DNA of 64,000 nucleotides from the NCBI GenBank assembly GCA_965209165.1, contig CBDBQI010000006.1, positions 258,891 through 322,890 on the forward strand, read 5' to 3'. The DNA comes from Dehalococcoidia bacterium. GTDB lineage: Bacteria; Chloroflexota; Dehalococcoidia; Lucifugimonadales; CAJWER01. Positions 63,051-64,000 of the stretch are shown one piece after another (the first letter of the stretch is position 1; every line of letters starts with the position of its first letter). A model generated the notes under the pieces. That model saw only the letters and a list, made by a program, of their open reading frames with translations, ran no database searches and was not told the DNA's origin. The position numbers were made by a program, and so were the translations under genes.

Positions 63051-64000
63051 TCAGCCTTCGGAACGACCTCCAGCAGGCCGGCGACCGAGAATGTAGACCG
63101 CCACTACTCCAATCAAGGCGACAATGGCCACAATCAGGGCGATGATGCTCAAGGCCTCGGCTGCGGGGCTTGGGGATCCTGCCGGACCCCGTCGACCGGG
63201 CACCCCTTGAGCGCCGCGCGCCCCGTCCTGGCCGTTCACGCCCGGGATACCGGCAGGGCCTCGCTCACCAGCGAAGCCGATCGGGCCTCGAGGCCCCTGG
63301 AGGCCGGTAGCCCCATCCGCACCGTCCACGCCCGGCGGACCCGCAGGACCTCGCTCACCAGGGACGCCGGGCGCGCCCTGCGGCCCTTGGGGACCGGGAG
63401 GGCTTTCATCGCCGGCGGGTCCCGGCACACTCACAACTTCGCTGTCCGTCTCGGTGGGCTCCACGATGGTAATCATCGCCGCCGCAACCCTGTCATTCAC
63501 CCCGCCACCAAAGCCTCTCGTGCCACACGGAGCCAGCCCGTCCTCGGGATAAGCACCGTCCGGGCCGCCCCAGCAGGACGTCATCTGCAGATAGTGGTCG
63601 CCGACCGGTACGTTGTGGGGCAGCACGATCTCCGCGGTGAATGCTCCGTCAGGCGCCGTGTTCGCGGGGTCTATGTCGATGTGCTCCGCGACGTACAGTC
63701 CCGACTCGGTCTTCCTGGCCGCGTGCAGATACCCAGATGCAGGGTTCACGCTCGCCACGCCGGCTATCGGCACGCCGCCAATCGTAATCGTCGATGTGTA
63801 GATGAATGACCCATCCGTCCCCACCCTGAAGCCCGAGCCCCTCACCGTTATGGTGTCGCCTGCCACGGCTTCGCTCACACTCAAGCTCAACTCGGCCGTG
63901 TGGTCGTCCGCCCGAACCGCCGTGGCAAACACGGTGGAGGCCAGCACACCAGCCGCTGCCAATATGATTGACAGTAATGGACGCCGGACATCCGACAGTG
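63051..64000 (-). CDS. Collagen-like (G-X-Y) surface protein with N-terminal globular domain and C-terminal TM anchor; 5' end beyond window
   Basis: 25 uninterrupted G-X-Y triplets (63171..63395: GPQGPQGAPGVPGERGPAGPPGVDG...), followed by the hydrophobic ALSIIALIVAIVALIGVVAVYIL and RRP. The signal-peptide-like N-terminus (LLSIILAAAGVLASTVFATAVRA) stays open to nt 64000. Confidence 0.75.
   Translation of the reverse strand, partial: LSDVRRPLLSIILAAAGVLASTVFATAVRADDHTAELSLSVSEAVAGDTITVRGSGFRVGTDGSFIYTSTITIGGVPIAGVASVNPASGYLHAARKTESGLYVAEHIDIDPANTAPDGAFTAEIVLPHNVPVGDHYLQMTSCWGGPDGAYPEDGLAPCGTRGFGGGVNDRVAAAMITIVEPTETDSEVVSVPGPAGDESPPGPQGPQGAPGVPGERGPAGPPGVDGADGATGLQGPRGPIGFAGERGPAGIPGVNGQDGARGAQGVPGRRGPAGSPSPAAEALSIIALIVAIVALIGVVAVYILGRRPAGGRSEG

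Overview
GC-rich bacterial chromosomal segment, about 55 protein-coding genes by my reading, many with GTG/TTG starts. I saw no rRNA, no intact tRNA and no CRISPR array. Taxonomy cannot be fixed from the window. The gene content (Cys-type sulfatase, three BNR/Asp-box propellers, an FG-GAP/ASPIC lipoprotein, a collagen-like surface protein) resembles marine or host-associated Chloroflexota-like genomes, but that is inference only. Ordinary content: panB, purC, a Co-type nitrile hydratase operon (beta-alpha-accessory), SulP permease, two DmpA/P1 peptidases, amidohydrolases, an enolase-superfamily enzyme, MATE and MFS transporters, a VapBC pair, a PadR regulator, and a classical two-component system. 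The main signal is a dispersed set of eukaryote-like membrane-lipid genes. These are two ERG6-type sterol C-methyltransferase homologues (27498..28535, 60171..61196), an ERG4/ERG24-type sterol reductase homologue (49744..50889), a P450 fused to a GPP34/GOLPH3-like domain (28572..30596), a Neverland/KshA-like Rieske oxygenase (30786..31838), a flavoprotein (31990..33348), a sphingosine-1-phosphate-lyase-like PLP enzyme (51073..52317), and two paralogous MMPL/RND exporters (25001..27487, 41583..44048). One exporter stops 10 nt before an SMT homologue. No squalene or oxidosqualene cyclase lies in the window, so a sterol-type substrate is a hypothesis. Other notable items: a single-polypeptide GAF-PAS-HK-REC-wHTH signalling protein; a His/Gly/Glu-rich three-module lipoprotein heading a two-component operon; a sulfatase gene bracketed by a complete sulP and a 237-nt stump of a second sulP; and a lower-GC mobile island (about 52.56-58.72 kb). 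The island carries an IS1-family transposase, a tRNA 3'-end-like fragment and an IS21-family element, whose inverted repeats, 4-bp target duplication and in-frame target-gene restoration can be read directly. Several short hairpin repeat families occur in intergenic regions. Coordinates and motif readings come from manual inspection; identities are hand counts and approximate.
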